Assembly (NCBI GenBank): GCA_034430835.1
Contig: DAOUDX010000220.1
Location: forward strand, 344-64,343
Origin: Anaerolineae bacterium
GTDB taxonomy: Bacteria; Chloroflexota; Anaerolineae; B4-G1
Direction of reading: 5' to 3'
DNA length: 64,000 nucleotides
Shown here one piece after another: positions 16,745 through 25,548 of this stretch. Position numbers and translations under genes: made by a program. Numbering within the stretch: position 1 is the first letter of the stretch; each line of letters starts with the position of its first letter. A model generated the notes under the pieces. It ran no database searches. It had not been told where the DNA came from and was given only the letters and a program-made list of their open reading frames with translations.

Positions 16745-19161
16745 CGTATCTCGACCTCCGGCAGCCAGATGCGGTCAATCGCTGCCCCGTCCGGTGTTTG
16801 CACTGGCCAGCGCGCCATCGTATCGCGCGAGTAAATGCCCAATTGGAGGCGGTACCGACCAGGAGCGGCGTCGGGCGGGATGGGAACCCGCACGTGCTGC
16901 ACGATCACATCGCCCACTTCCAGCCCACTTATGGCCGATCCCCATCCATCGCGCTGCGCGATAGGCTGCCCCTCTGCGTCGATCAGGTGCACAAAGCTCG
17001 CGATGGGCGGCCTCAGCTCGCCGTCGATCTGCCACGCCAGGGTGAGCGACACCTCCCCGCCGGGAGATACGCTGTCCCGCTCCAGCCGATAACCGAGCAG
17101 CTCAATGCGCCCGTCGAACGATACCGGCGCTTCCAGTGGCTTTCCCTCCGGCGTCCAGACCTCGGATTCAGCCGACCACTGTTCCAGCATGAGCGCAACC
17201 GCGTCCCGTGCGTCGAACTCCAGCGCCCCCTGCTCGTCGCGCTGCGCGTGTTGCAGCACCGCATCCCGCAGGTCCGGCACGTAGGGCAGCGGATCGGGCA
17301 CGAGGTAGCGCGCCGGGCCGTTCATGGCAAAGACGAAGGAATCGCCGTCCGGCACCCACTTGGCGATCAAACGCTGCCCCTCCTGCCATCCCAGTTGCTC
17401 CGACTCCACGTCGGCGACGCGCGAACCCTGCACCAGCGCCCGGACGACGGGGGTGGATGGTGCGTACTCTACGTGATACAGGTCAATGGAGTAGCCCGCC
17501 CGATCCTCGGGAGTGAGCGAGTGGAAGTAGGCGTACAAATCGGGGTGCGTGAGCACCAACCCCTGCCGCAGACTGGTGCGGCTGATGGCGTACCAGCCCG
17601 GATCGGGCGTGTACGGATTGAAGGCCATCGATTCGGCATCCCCCACGAAGCGGAGGAAGCCCGGGGCCGGCCAGTAATGAATCCCGTATGCACCTGGGAC
17701 AGCCGTGCCAAAGTAGCCCAGGTGAACGAAGGGCAGGCCGCGTTTCTCCATGAGCGCTTTCAGCGCCGGTAGATCCTGTCCCCAGTCGAGGTTAGAGTCC
17801 ACGAGGTAGCGGTCACCGTTTTCGGGGCCGCCGGCGAGTTCGTTGAAGAACGAAAGATGGTGGGGGTAGATCGTCGCCGCATCGATCACCAGCCAGATGA
17901 GCAGCAGTCCCACGATGGACGCCGGGACGATGTCTCGGCGGCGGTGCGGTGGCCAGCGAGTGATCGTTGCGACCTGCCCTGCCAGTCCGAACATGAACGG
18001 CAGGATCGGCAGCAGGTATCGGTGTCCAAGCTGGAGCGCGCTGGCCAGCGTCGCGGCGCTGAACACGACTATCGGGAGCGCGAGGGGGAGCGCTACCCGG
18101 AAGGCGCGCTTCTTGATCACAACGATCACTGCCGCAGCAGTCAGAATCAATGTGGGTAGTGGCGTCTTGAGAAGGAACGCCAGCGGATAGTAGAACCACA
18201 CGCCGTTGGGCCACACCTGGCCCAGCGCGTACACCGGCTGGCCGTAAGCGATGCGGTCGCTCTGGAAAAAGATGCCCTTCCAGAAAGACGGTGCTGGTAG
18301 GCCATCTTCTGTGGAGAACCCGTAGACGGCCCAGATAGTCAACACGCAGACGGCGGCCACACCCGCCAGCCCGCCAGCCCGGAGCCGGATGGCCTTGCGC
18401 CAGCCGTCGGCCGGGCGGTGGGCCAGGGTGAGGAGCAGCACGATGGGGCCGATGACGAGGCCGCTGTACTTGCTGGTGCAGGCGAAGCCGACCATCACAC
18501 CAGCGAGAATCAGGCGAGGGATTGAGGGGCGCTCCAGCCATTCCCACCAAGCCCACGTGGCGAAGAAAAGCATCGCGGCCACGCCGAGATCGTTGGTACT
18601 CAGACCGGCGTTGGCGACGATGCCGGGGTCAAACACGTACAGAGCCAGGGCCAGAAATCCAGCGGCCCGTCCCGAAAGCTTGCTCGTCCAACGGAAGAGC
18701 GCCGCGCCGAGCAGCAGCGCCAGCGCGACGTTGGGCAGCCGCGCCACCCCGAGCAGGCGCAGGGCCTGGTCCGCATTGGCCTGCCAAACGAAAACGTCGC
18801 CGAAGGAGCCGCGCTCTGCCTGCTGCCATGCGGCGCTGTCGAGCGGCAGGTGCAGGTCGAACATCAGCAGCGGGATCGCCACCCAAACGTCGATCAGCGG
18901 CGGATGATGGTTACTGAGGCGCGCGTCGCCGGTGCGCAAATAGGTGTAACCAGCGCTTAATTGGTACAGTTCATCGAAGGTAGCCGAGTGGGTAGCGACG
19001 CTTCCCAGTGCCTGCAAAGTCAGCAGGAAGAGCAACGCCGAAACCAATGCCAGTGCTCGCCAAGGGCTGCGAACAGGAAATGAGGGCCTATGACCGGCGC
19101 GGGCAGTTGCCTCTTGCCCTTTATCATAGGCCCCCTCAGAGTTCTCTTCAGAGCTAGGCAT
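16741..19161 (-). CDS. GT-C fold membrane glycosyltransferase (GT39/ArnT-like) with C-terminal beta-rich module
   Basis: ORF track 16741-19206 (GTG). ATG at 19161 (MPSSEENSEG...) is the alternative used here. First-loop motif HSATFDELYQLSAGYTYLRTGD...HHPPL. C-terminus IELLGYRLERDSVSPGGEVSLTLAW...SFVHLIDAEGQPIAQRDGW...PPDAAPGRYRLQLGIY. Confidence 0.8.
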   Translation of the reverse strand: MPSSEENSEGAYDKGQEATARAGHRPSFPVRSPWRALALVSALLFLLTLQALGSVATHSATFDELYQLSAGYTYLRTGDARLSNHHPPLIDVWVAIPLLMFDLHLPLDSAAWQQAERGSFGDVFVWQANADQALRLLGVARLPNVALALLLGAALFRWTSKLSGRAAGFLALALYVFDPGIVANAGLSTNDLGVAAMLFFATWAWWEWLERPSIPRLILAGVMVGFACTSKYSGLVIGPIVLLLTLAHRPADGWRKAIRLRAGGLAGVAAVCVLTIWAVYGFSTEDGLPAPSFWKGIFFQSDRIAYGQPVYALGQVWPNGVWFYYPLAFLLKTPLPTLILTAAAVIVVIKKRAFRVALPLALPIVVFSAATLASALQLGHRYLLPILPFMFGLAGQVATITRWPPHRRRDIVPASIVGLLLIWLVIDAATIYPHHLSFFNELAGGPENGDRYLVDSNLDWGQDLPALKALMEKRGLPFVHLGYFGTAVPGAYGIHYWPAPGFLRFVGDAESMAFNPYTPDPGWYAISRTSLRQGLVLTHPDLYAYFHSLTPEDRAGYSIDLYHVEYAPSTPVVRALVQGSRVADVESEQLGWQEGQRLIAKWVPDGDSFVFAMNGPARYLVPDPLPYVPDLRDAVLQHAQRDEQGALEFDARDAVALMLEQWSAESEVWTPEGKPLEAPVSFDGRIELLGYRLERDSVSPGGEVSLTLAWQIDGELRPPIASFVHLIDAEGQPIAQRDGWGSAISGLEVGDVIVQHVRVPIPPDAAPGRYRLQLGIYSRDTMARWPVQTPDGAAIDRIWLPEVEIR

Positions 19162-19193
19162 CACAAGAGCGCAGGAACGAGACCGATCAATGC

Positions 19194-20987
19194 TTACGGT
19201 GTGCACTCCACATTGGGTGTGACCTTGAAATAGTTAACGCGAAAGTCCATAGGCGTTATCTCGTAGACGCCGGCCAGAAAGCCGACTCTTGTCATATTGC
19301 TCAGGCCAGGCATCGTCACCGACCCAGAGAGCTTGGACTTGCCATTGATGTACATTGACGTGACCTTATTCCCATCTACGCTGACCTGCAGCCTGCTCCA
19401 GTTGTTGAGATTGAGGTCCGGATCCGGGCCAGAACTTCCGGCGAAATTTTGGGCACCGGAGAAGGCATTGGTCTTGGGGAATACATAGTTGGACTTGTAG
19501 CGCAACCCCCAGCTATTGTCAAAAGACATGCCCAACATATAGAGCTGTGTATTCGCCTCGTTTGCGCCAATGATCAGCGCCGCGTTATCCCACCACCCAC
19601 TGGCCTCGTATCTGACGGAAGCTTCTACACAGTACTTATTAGGGGGCTGATAGGGCGCCAGCGCATCCGGCTGGATGAACCACATGAACGGGCCACCTGA
19701 GTCCACATAGATGCGGTACTGACCTCCGGTGTAGCCCCGTTTCCAGTAATGGCCTCCATACCCATCGGTGTATACCAACCCCTGATCAGCCGGCCATCCA
19801 CTCGCCGAGCAGGAAAAGTCATCGTAATAGCCATTGGAGGACGACGCGATGTTGCTCCAGGCAGGTCCTTGCCCCCAAGGACCATCGGCGCGCACGCGAT
19901 AGTACCATGTCTGAGGCGCCGAGCCTTTGTCAAAGACCTTGTAAGGTTCTGTCGTTGTATAGGTTTGTAGACCACACCCAAAATTGGAGGACGTAGCCTC
20001 CTGAAGCACATACTCCACGGGCGGTGAAACGTACATCCAGGAAGCAGTGTAAACACCGTTGACGGGAGCCAAGACGGTCAGCGTGAGAATGGGAGGATAG
20101 TTATTGAACACGATGGGCAGAAAGTACTCCATATCCGTTCTCACCGACGCCGCCACGGAATCCGATACCGGAAGTCCCACACCTGCGACGTTGACCGTGT
20201 TGGTAAAGACCGTGCCTTCGCTCAACGTGGAGCTGACGTCAGCAGTGAAGGTAATAGTGACCCCTGCCGCGTAATCCAAGCGGCCGGTACACGTGATGGT
20301 GTCCCCTGCCTCACCACAACTCACATCTGTCCCACCGTCGGCATTCAAGCTACCAGCATAGCTGACCTCTGGCGGTAGGCTATCAGTAACCGAAAACGGA
20401 TCAACAGCGCCGTAGCCAGTGTTGTTTATGTAAATGGCGTAAGCCACCTGTTCGTCAGGGCGAACCGAGGAAGGGTTGACCGTCTTCAGGACTTCCAATT
20501 GCCCAGGAGAAACCACCGTCGAAACCGTCGAGGTAATCAGCTTGCCGGAGCCGGTGAACTCGGCAGTGTTGACGACTGTGGCAGAGCCGAGATCAGGAGA
20601 TATCTGAACAGTGAAAGTGATAAGAGCTTTTGTACCCCAGGCAAACGAATCACATGTCCAGGTTATCACACCGTCCGCGTAGCCAGCAGCACCTGCCCCA
20701 ATCGAAACCAGGCTGTCGGACATATAGTCCACCTCAGGCGGAAGCGTATCCGTTATCTGGGCATCGATAGTATCGAGTGTGGTGTTTTCCACAAAGATAG
20801 TGTAAGTCAACGTTTCGCCAGGCGCTGCCTGGCTTATATTGACCTGCTTATCCACCGTCGGGTCTGCCGTCGGCTCGGCACGCGCTTGGAGCGTCAGCGA
20901 CAAGACTGCTAAAAGCATCAGTGCCAAGACACTTGCCACCACCGTTAGCACTGTGGGATTTGTATGGGTTTTCTCGCAAGTTTCCAC
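19194..20987 (-). CDS. secreted multidomain protein: two DUF11-type repeats, an FN3-like segment and a C-terminal lectin/LamG-like jelly-roll
   Basis: ORF track 19194-21044, but its TTG start lies inside the promoter spacer. GTG at 20987 has GAAAGAGG 7 nt upstream and gives METCEKTHTNPTVLTVVASVLALMLLAVLSLTLQARA|EP, a signal peptide. DUF11-like ...APGETLTYTIFVENT...TDTLPPEVDY... occurs twice. ...YYRVRADGPWG... looks FN3-like. The C-terminus is ...NWSRLQVSVDGNKVTSMYINGKS... Sampled GC is about 47-50%. Confidence 0.75.
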   Translation of the reverse strand: METCEKTHTNPTVLTVVASVLALMLLAVLSLTLQARAEPTADPTVDKQVNISQAAPGETLTYTIFVENTTLDTIDAQITDTLPPEVDYMSDSLVSIGAGAAGYADGVITWTCDSFAWGTKALITFTVQISPDLGSATVVNTAEFTGSGKLITSTVSTVVSPGQLEVLKTVNPSSVRPDEQVAYAIYINNTGYGAVDPFSVTDSLPPEVSYAGSLNADGGTDVSCGEAGDTITCTGRLDYAAGVTITFTADVSSTLSEGTVFTNTVNVAGVGLPVSDSVAASVRTDMEYFLPIVFNNYPPILTLTVLAPVNGVYTASWMYVSPPVEYVLQEATSSNFGCGLQTYTTTEPYKVFDKGSAPQTWYYRVRADGPWGQGPAWSNIASSSNGYYDDFSCSASGWPADQGLVYTDGYGGHYWKRGYTGGQYRIYVDSGGPFMWFIQPDALAPYQPPNKYCVEASVRYEASGWWDNAALIIGANEANTQLYMLGMSFDNSWGLRYKSNYVFPKTNAFSGAQNFAGSSGPDPDLNLNNWSRLQVSVDGNKVTSMYINGKSKLSGSVTMPGLSNMTRVGFLAGVYEITPMDFRVNYFKVTPNVECTP

Positions 20988-21025
20988 TTTAACACCTCTT
21001 TCACTGCCTTTGGGGGAGCAGCGGG

Positions 21026-21054
21026 ATTGTACCACCTGCTGCAAACACTGTCAA
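21026..21054 (-). promoter_or_regulatory. near-consensus sigma70-type promoter for the DUF11 gene
   Basis: The minus strand reads TTGACA (21054-21049), a 17-nt spacer ending in TGg, then TACAAT (21031-21026). It lies about 39 nt upstream of the GTG start. Confidence 0.6.
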
Positions 21055-21273
21055 CCATTACAGAATGACATGATCTGGCATTCAGCCGAACTTAACGCCA
21101 TCTACCCTCTGCGGCTTCCCTGTCTCCGGTCAGGCACAAACGACCATCACTCAGCGACCCATCAAGCACCAACATGGACAGACGTTGCATTGCCAAAAAA
21201 CCACACACCGCGCAATCTCTACGGAACGACGGTGATTTGTATCTTCTCGAAAAGTGGGGAGCGTAACAGCGGA

Positions 21274-21317
21274 GGCGGCCCCCATGCCGCCGGACGGTCG
21301 GGCGTGGGAGCCCGACC
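21274..21317 (-). terminator. two consecutive GC-rich hairpins downstream of the preceding GT-C gene (possible transcription-unit boundary)
   Basis: GGTCGGGC-gtggga-GCCCGACC (21296-21317, perfect 8-bp stem) and GGCGGC-ccccat-GCCGCC (21274-21291) lie 17-60 nt after the stop at 21334. There is no clear U-tract, so intrinsic-terminator status is uncertain. Confidence 0.3.
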
Positions 21318-21333
21318 TGCTACTTTCTCCGAA

Positions 21334-23355
21334 TCATTGAGAGGAAACGGTAATTTGATACAACGTCGCCGTGTCACCCTGAGCATCGCTCCGGTCCAAC
21401 CGCTGCAGGGTCACCGGATCGTAGAAGCCGGTCGTCACTGTATACTCCCCAGGCGGCGTGTCGTCAGAAACGGTGAACTGGAATCGGTCCAGCACGATCT
21501 CGCCGGGGAGCCAGCGCTCGGTCATGTAGACGATGTGGCCAGGCTGGTGGTCATCCTGCGCCCACAATGGGCCGTTCGTGGCCGGGTTGGTCGGGCCAAG
21601 TAGATGTACGAATGCGGTGTACGGCCGGTACATCTTGGCTGTGGCTTGCCAGTAGAGCTGCATAGTCACCGTGTCACCGGAGCGAAGTGAGGTCGGTGAC
21701 AGGTCGCAGCCGAGCAACCGGATGCGCCCGCCGAACTCGGCCCGCAGCGGTTGGGCCGGGCGCACGCGCTCGACGTCGGCGGGAACGCGGTAGACGACAA
21801 TCTCTCGGGTGCTCAGATCCCATTGGCCCTGTGGAAAGATCGTCGTCAGCCAGTCGGCGGTGGCCCGGTCGTCTGCGTTCAACACGTAGATGGCCGGGCG
21901 GGCCGGGATGCCGGCCGGTAACGCGCCCACGGTCGGTTCGAATTTGCGCAGGCTGGTGTGCCAGACGTGCATCGGGCAAACAGGCAAATAGTGGGGTGTG
22001 TCGATCGTCGTGTACGTGACGGTGTCATCCGGCAGACGTTCCAGGTAATGCCCGATGGGAGAAGTGACGTATTCAACGAAACCGAGTGGCGTGGGCGACC
22101 ATCCCCACGGGTTGAGAGCGCCCTGCCAGGCCGAGAAGACGGAAATGACGACCAGCACGGCGAAGAGCAGCCGGCGCGGCCAGGGACGGTAGAGCGTGGG
22201 CCAGGCGGCGAAGAAAAACAACAATGGGGTAAAGTCCAACAGCCAGCGCGTGCCGTAGGCGACTCCGCCGGACCCTGGCGTGAACAAGATCAGGCAGGAC
22301 AGCGTCACAATGATGCCCAGCGCCACGGCGACCAGCTCGCCCCACAGCCGGTGGTGACGCTCGCGGAACAACGGCCACAGCCCGAAGACTGGCCACAGCA
22401 TCACCGGGGTGAGACTGAATAGCCCCTGGTCGCCGAACAGCATCTGTAGTCCATGATCGAGCACGTCGGCTGGCAGAGTGTTGCCGGTGAGCGTGGGCGG
22501 GAAAACGGAGCCGGGGTAGTTGAATCCGGCGGGATGCATCGAGGGCGGCAACGGGTCGCCCATGATCCACCAGTCGAGGGTGGCCAGCAGGGCCAGTGGG
22601 ATGAGGCTGCCCAGCAGGAACGGCCAGGCCCGGAGGCGGTGACACAGCACAGCAACGCCCAGGAATAGGGCCAGGAACGGCGCAACGAGCAGGTCGAAGG
22701 TGAACGCCAGCGCCGTCGCAACCCCAGCGAGAGCAAGCCAGCGCGCGGGCGAATCGCCAGTGCGGGCGCGCAGCAGGGCGTAGAACCCAAGCAGCAGGCT
22801 AGCCGCCGTCAGCAGGTGGTTATTGAAGGTCAGGCTGTGTGGAAAGACCAATGTGCCCAAGCCCAACGCGCCCGTTGCCAGCAGCGCCGCCGGGTTGGGA
22901 AGGTCGAGGAGCGTGGTACTGCGGTAGAACAGCGCCAGCATCAGCGCCGAGGGGAATCCTGTCAGCGTCAGGGTGAGCAGGTAGTAGGCCCAGTCGGGCG
23001 ACTGGCGGCACAGCAGGGCGAAACAGTAACACGGGCTGCTCACTGGGTCGCACCAGCCGGCGAAGTCGAACGAAACGTGAAGGACCTTGTGCAGGACGGC
23101 GTACACCCCGGCTGCCAGGAACGAAAGGACGGGAGGCTTGTCAGGGTAGAAATGGCCGTTCCAGAAGATGCGGTCACCGGTGCGCTCACCGAAGACCGTA
23201 TTGTCAATGGCCCACGTACCCTGGTGTACCAGGGCCTCGACGGCTGCCAGACGGGAGGCGTCGTTCCAAGAGTTGACGTGGGAGTGGGTGAGCAGCGCCC
23301 AGAGCAGGAAGAAGAAGACCGCCACCCAAACCGTGAGATCGCGTCGTTTGCTCAT
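21334..23355 (-). CDS. GT-C-like polytopic membrane protein with C-terminal beta-rich module
   Basis: ORF track 21334-23529. The Arg/Cys-rich first 58 codons overlap the upstream gene. ATG at 23355 (MSKRRDLTVWVAVFFFLLW...) follows GAGG. First loop ...VNSWNDASRLAAVEALVHQGTWAIDN...FWNGHFYPDKPPVLSF. C-terminus IRLLGCDLSPTSLRSGDTVTMQLYW...YTAFVHLLG...TPPGEYTVTTGFY. Confidence 0.7.
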   Translation of the reverse strand: MSKRRDLTVWVAVFFFLLWALLTHSHVNSWNDASRLAAVEALVHQGTWAIDNTVFGERTGDRIFWNGHFYPDKPPVLSFLAAGVYAVLHKVLHVSFDFAGWCDPVSSPCYCFALLCRQSPDWAYYLLTLTLTGFPSALMLALFYRSTTLLDLPNPAALLATGALGLGTLVFPHSLTFNNHLLTAASLLLGFYALLRARTGDSPARWLALAGVATALAFTFDLLVAPFLALFLGVAVLCHRLRAWPFLLGSLIPLALLATLDWWIMGDPLPPSMHPAGFNYPGSVFPPTLTGNTLPADVLDHGLQMLFGDQGLFSLTPVMLWPVFGLWPLFRERHHRLWGELVAVALGIIVTLSCLILFTPGSGGVAYGTRWLLDFTPLLFFFAAWPTLYRPWPRRLLFAVLVVISVFSAWQGALNPWGWSPTPLGFVEYVTSPIGHYLERLPDDTVTYTTIDTPHYLPVCPMHVWHTSLRKFEPTVGALPAGIPARPAIYVLNADDRATADWLTTIFPQGQWDLSTREIVVYRVPADVERVRPAQPLRAEFGGRIRLLGCDLSPTSLRSGDTVTMQLYWQATAKMYRPYTAFVHLLGPTNPATNGPLWAQDDHQPGHIVYMTERWLPGEIVLDRFQFTVSDDTPPGEYTVTTGFYDPVTLQRLDRSDAQGDTATLYQITVSSQ

Positions 23356-23374
23356 CACCCTCGCCCTCTCACAC

Positions 23375-25417
23375 TCATTCGCCCGGCCCAACTCGCAGCG
23401 CGAGATCGACCGTGCCCAGCGTGGCCAGGTCGTCTTGCACCGACACATCGGCCGAGGACACGGCCAGGCGTTCCAGCGAGGGGAAGCTGTATACCCCCAC
23501 TCGCAGCGTGTACCTCCCCGCCGCCGCATCGCCCGGCACGGCCAAGACGTATTCTTCGCGAACCACCTCGCCCGGCTGCCAGAGTTGCGTGCAAAACACC
23601 CCCCGTCCCAACTCGTGATCGTCCTGCGTTACGAGTTGCCCATCTGGACCGGTCAAGTGCAGGAAGCCAGTGTAGGTCTCAGGCATGGCGTCTATCGCTC
23701 GCCAATACACGCTGACGATAAGTTGCTCGCCGGGGGTCACCCGACCCGATGCCAATTCGTATCCCAGTATGGCGAGTTGGTCCGAGAAGTCGACCTCCAC
23801 GGGGTGGGCAACGGGCTCGACGTCCGTCTCGTCCATATACACGAAGGGAAGCCCGTGCACCTGCTGGGCCTCTTCGATAACGTATGCACCATAGCCCAGC
23901 CTGTAACAGGCCTCCATCACGTCTGGCGAGTTCCAGGCTACCAACTCGGTTTGTAGCTCGACGCGGGGCAGTTCGCCGTTCGTCAGGATCAGAATGACGC
24001 GCCCAGCCGCTAATGTCCTCATGATTTGGTCAATAGGCATGAAATCGTAGGGCATGTTGTTGGTCGCGAGGAAGTAGCGGGTTGCGTTGAAGCCGAAGTA
24101 CTCGGGTGCGTTCAGATCACCTGCCAAGATGAATCCATTGACCGACTCGCTGAGGAAGACTCTCTCTCCCTGCCATCGTTCTGTGAACTCATCCCAGAAG
24201 GCGAAATAGTGCGTGTTGGTCCTGCCGGCAGCGGTTTCACGTTCGTAGTACTGGAAGATCGAGGTGAGGGGCCACAAGCCGAGTGCCACGAGCAATACAC
24301 CCACGGGCCACTTCGCCGCTCTGGCAATGCGAGGACCGCGTACTGAGGCGCTCACGCGCGACCATACGCGGGCTGCCAGCGCGCTCATCGCCACAAAGAC
24401 CAGGGGCGTCAGGTGATTAGTGTAGCGGGTCTCCCAGATCATCCCATAGTTCCCGCTCAGCCACGGCATGATGAGCATGTGGGAGGCGACAGCCAGCGGC
24501 AGTAGACTGAGGCGACGTCTCGTAGCGTAGAGTAGTCCAGCGATGGCCCATGCGCCGGACAGAATCGGCAGACCCATCAGGGTGGCGAGATTTTCCGAGC
24601 CTTCCAGGACACCGCCCACCTGGCGGCATAGTTGCAGACCCAAGCACTGCAGGTTCTGGATGAAGGCCAGTGGCGACAGATGAAGCTGCCACGCATACGG
24701 CCTGACGGCGATCACTTCCCTTATGCCTGCCAAACCAGTTTGAACGTTGTAGACGATCACTGGCGCATAGGCCAGGATGGACGCAGCCGCTGTGAGGTAC
24801 GGCCACCGCGTGCGCAGGCCGATGGCCGACTTGCGCTGAATGAAGGACCACACGGCTACGCCAGGTAGCATAAGCACTAGGACTGGATTCGCTTGCATAG
24901 CCAGGCCCAGCAGCACGCCGGCTGCGACCAGCCAGAGTCCGGACTCGCGCCGGATGGCGAGCACGAGGGCTGTCAGGAACGCTGTACTGAACAGAGGGAG
25001 CATGAAGGTGGCACCAGCGTAGTGGCTGCTGACGAGGATATTGTGTGGATTGGCGATCATCAGTGCGCCAGCCAGTGCTGCCGACGGGCGACTCAGTCCT
25101 AGCACCCGCGCCAGCAGGTAGGTCAATCCCACCGTCAACGCCCCCATGATCATGATCACGATGCGCGGTACAACTGGCGAGGAGCCGAATACACGCAGGC
25201 AGATCGCGATGATGTATACGAACAGCGGGCCGGTGTATGGGTCCTGGCCCACCAGCGGCAGGAACTCTCCAGGCTGAATGCGCAGCGCGTACATTGTTTG
25301 TAGTACCTCGTCATCAAACAGGGGAATCAGTGCCAGGTACGGCACGCGCGTCAACACGCCGCCAATGGAAAGCGCCAGGGCAGTCAGCAGGTCACCTTTG
25401 GCCGACGAGGATTTCAT
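23375..25417 (-). CDS. GT-C fold membrane glycosyltransferase (ArnT/PMT-like) with C-terminal beta-rich module
   Basis: ORF track 23375-25444, but that GTG directly abuts the -10 box. ATG at 25417 (MKSSSAKGDLL...) is used here. First loop LIPLFDDEVLQTMYAL. C-terminus LAILGYELASGRVTPGEQLIVSVYW...YTGFLHLTGPDGQLVTQDDH...AAAGRYTLRVGVY. Confidence 0.8.
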   Translation of the reverse strand: MKSSSAKGDLLTALALSIGGVLTRVPYLALIPLFDDEVLQTMYALRIQPGEFLPLVGQDPYTGPLFVYIIAICLRVFGSSPVVPRIVIMIMGALTVGLTYLLARVLGLSRPSAALAGALMIANPHNILVSSHYAGATFMLPLFSTAFLTALVLAIRRESGLWLVAAGVLLGLAMQANPVLVLMLPGVAVWSFIQRKSAIGLRTRWPYLTAAASILAYAPVIVYNVQTGLAGIREVIAVRPYAWQLHLSPLAFIQNLQCLGLQLCRQVGGVLEGSENLATLMGLPILSGAWAIAGLLYATRRRLSLLPLAVASHMLIMPWLSGNYGMIWETRYTNHLTPLVFVAMSALAARVWSRVSASVRGPRIARAAKWPVGVLLVALGLWPLTSIFQYYERETAAGRTNTHYFAFWDEFTERWQGERVFLSESVNGFILAGDLNAPEYFGFNATRYFLATNNMPYDFMPIDQIMRTLAAGRVILILTNGELPRVELQTELVAWNSPDVMEACYRLGYGAYVIEEAQQVHGLPFVYMDETDVEPVAHPVEVDFSDQLAILGYELASGRVTPGEQLIVSVYWRAIDAMPETYTGFLHLTGPDGQLVTQDDHELGRGVFCTQLWQPGEVVREEYVLAVPGDAAAGRYTLRVGVYSFPSLERLAVSSADVSVQDDLATLGTVDLALRVGPGE

Positions 25418-25444
25418 AGGAGCACCCTGTTCGATCAGAACCAC

Positions 25445-25453
25445 ATTATACCA
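25445..25453 (-). promoter_or_regulatory. candidate extended -10 promoter (TGgTATAAT) for the 23375-25417 gene
   Basis: The minus strand reads taTGGTATAATgtgg. The -35 is weak. This is the divergent partner of the plus-strand promoter below. Confidence 0.4.
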
Positions 25454-25502
25454 TAGACGGTCGCTTCTGCATCTTGCGCTGGGATGCTAACTGTCGAACC
25501 AT

Positions 25503-25530
25503 TTGACATCACCCCCTCCTATCGTATAAT
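25503..25530 (+). promoter_or_regulatory. near-consensus sigma70-type promoter for the DUF2079 gene
   Basis: TTGACA (25503-25508), 16-nt spacer, TATAAT (25525-25530), 18 nt upstream of the ATG at 25549. The leader is short and has no obvious SD. Confidence 0.55.
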
Positions 25531-25548
25531 CGATTTGCGGAAACTCGA

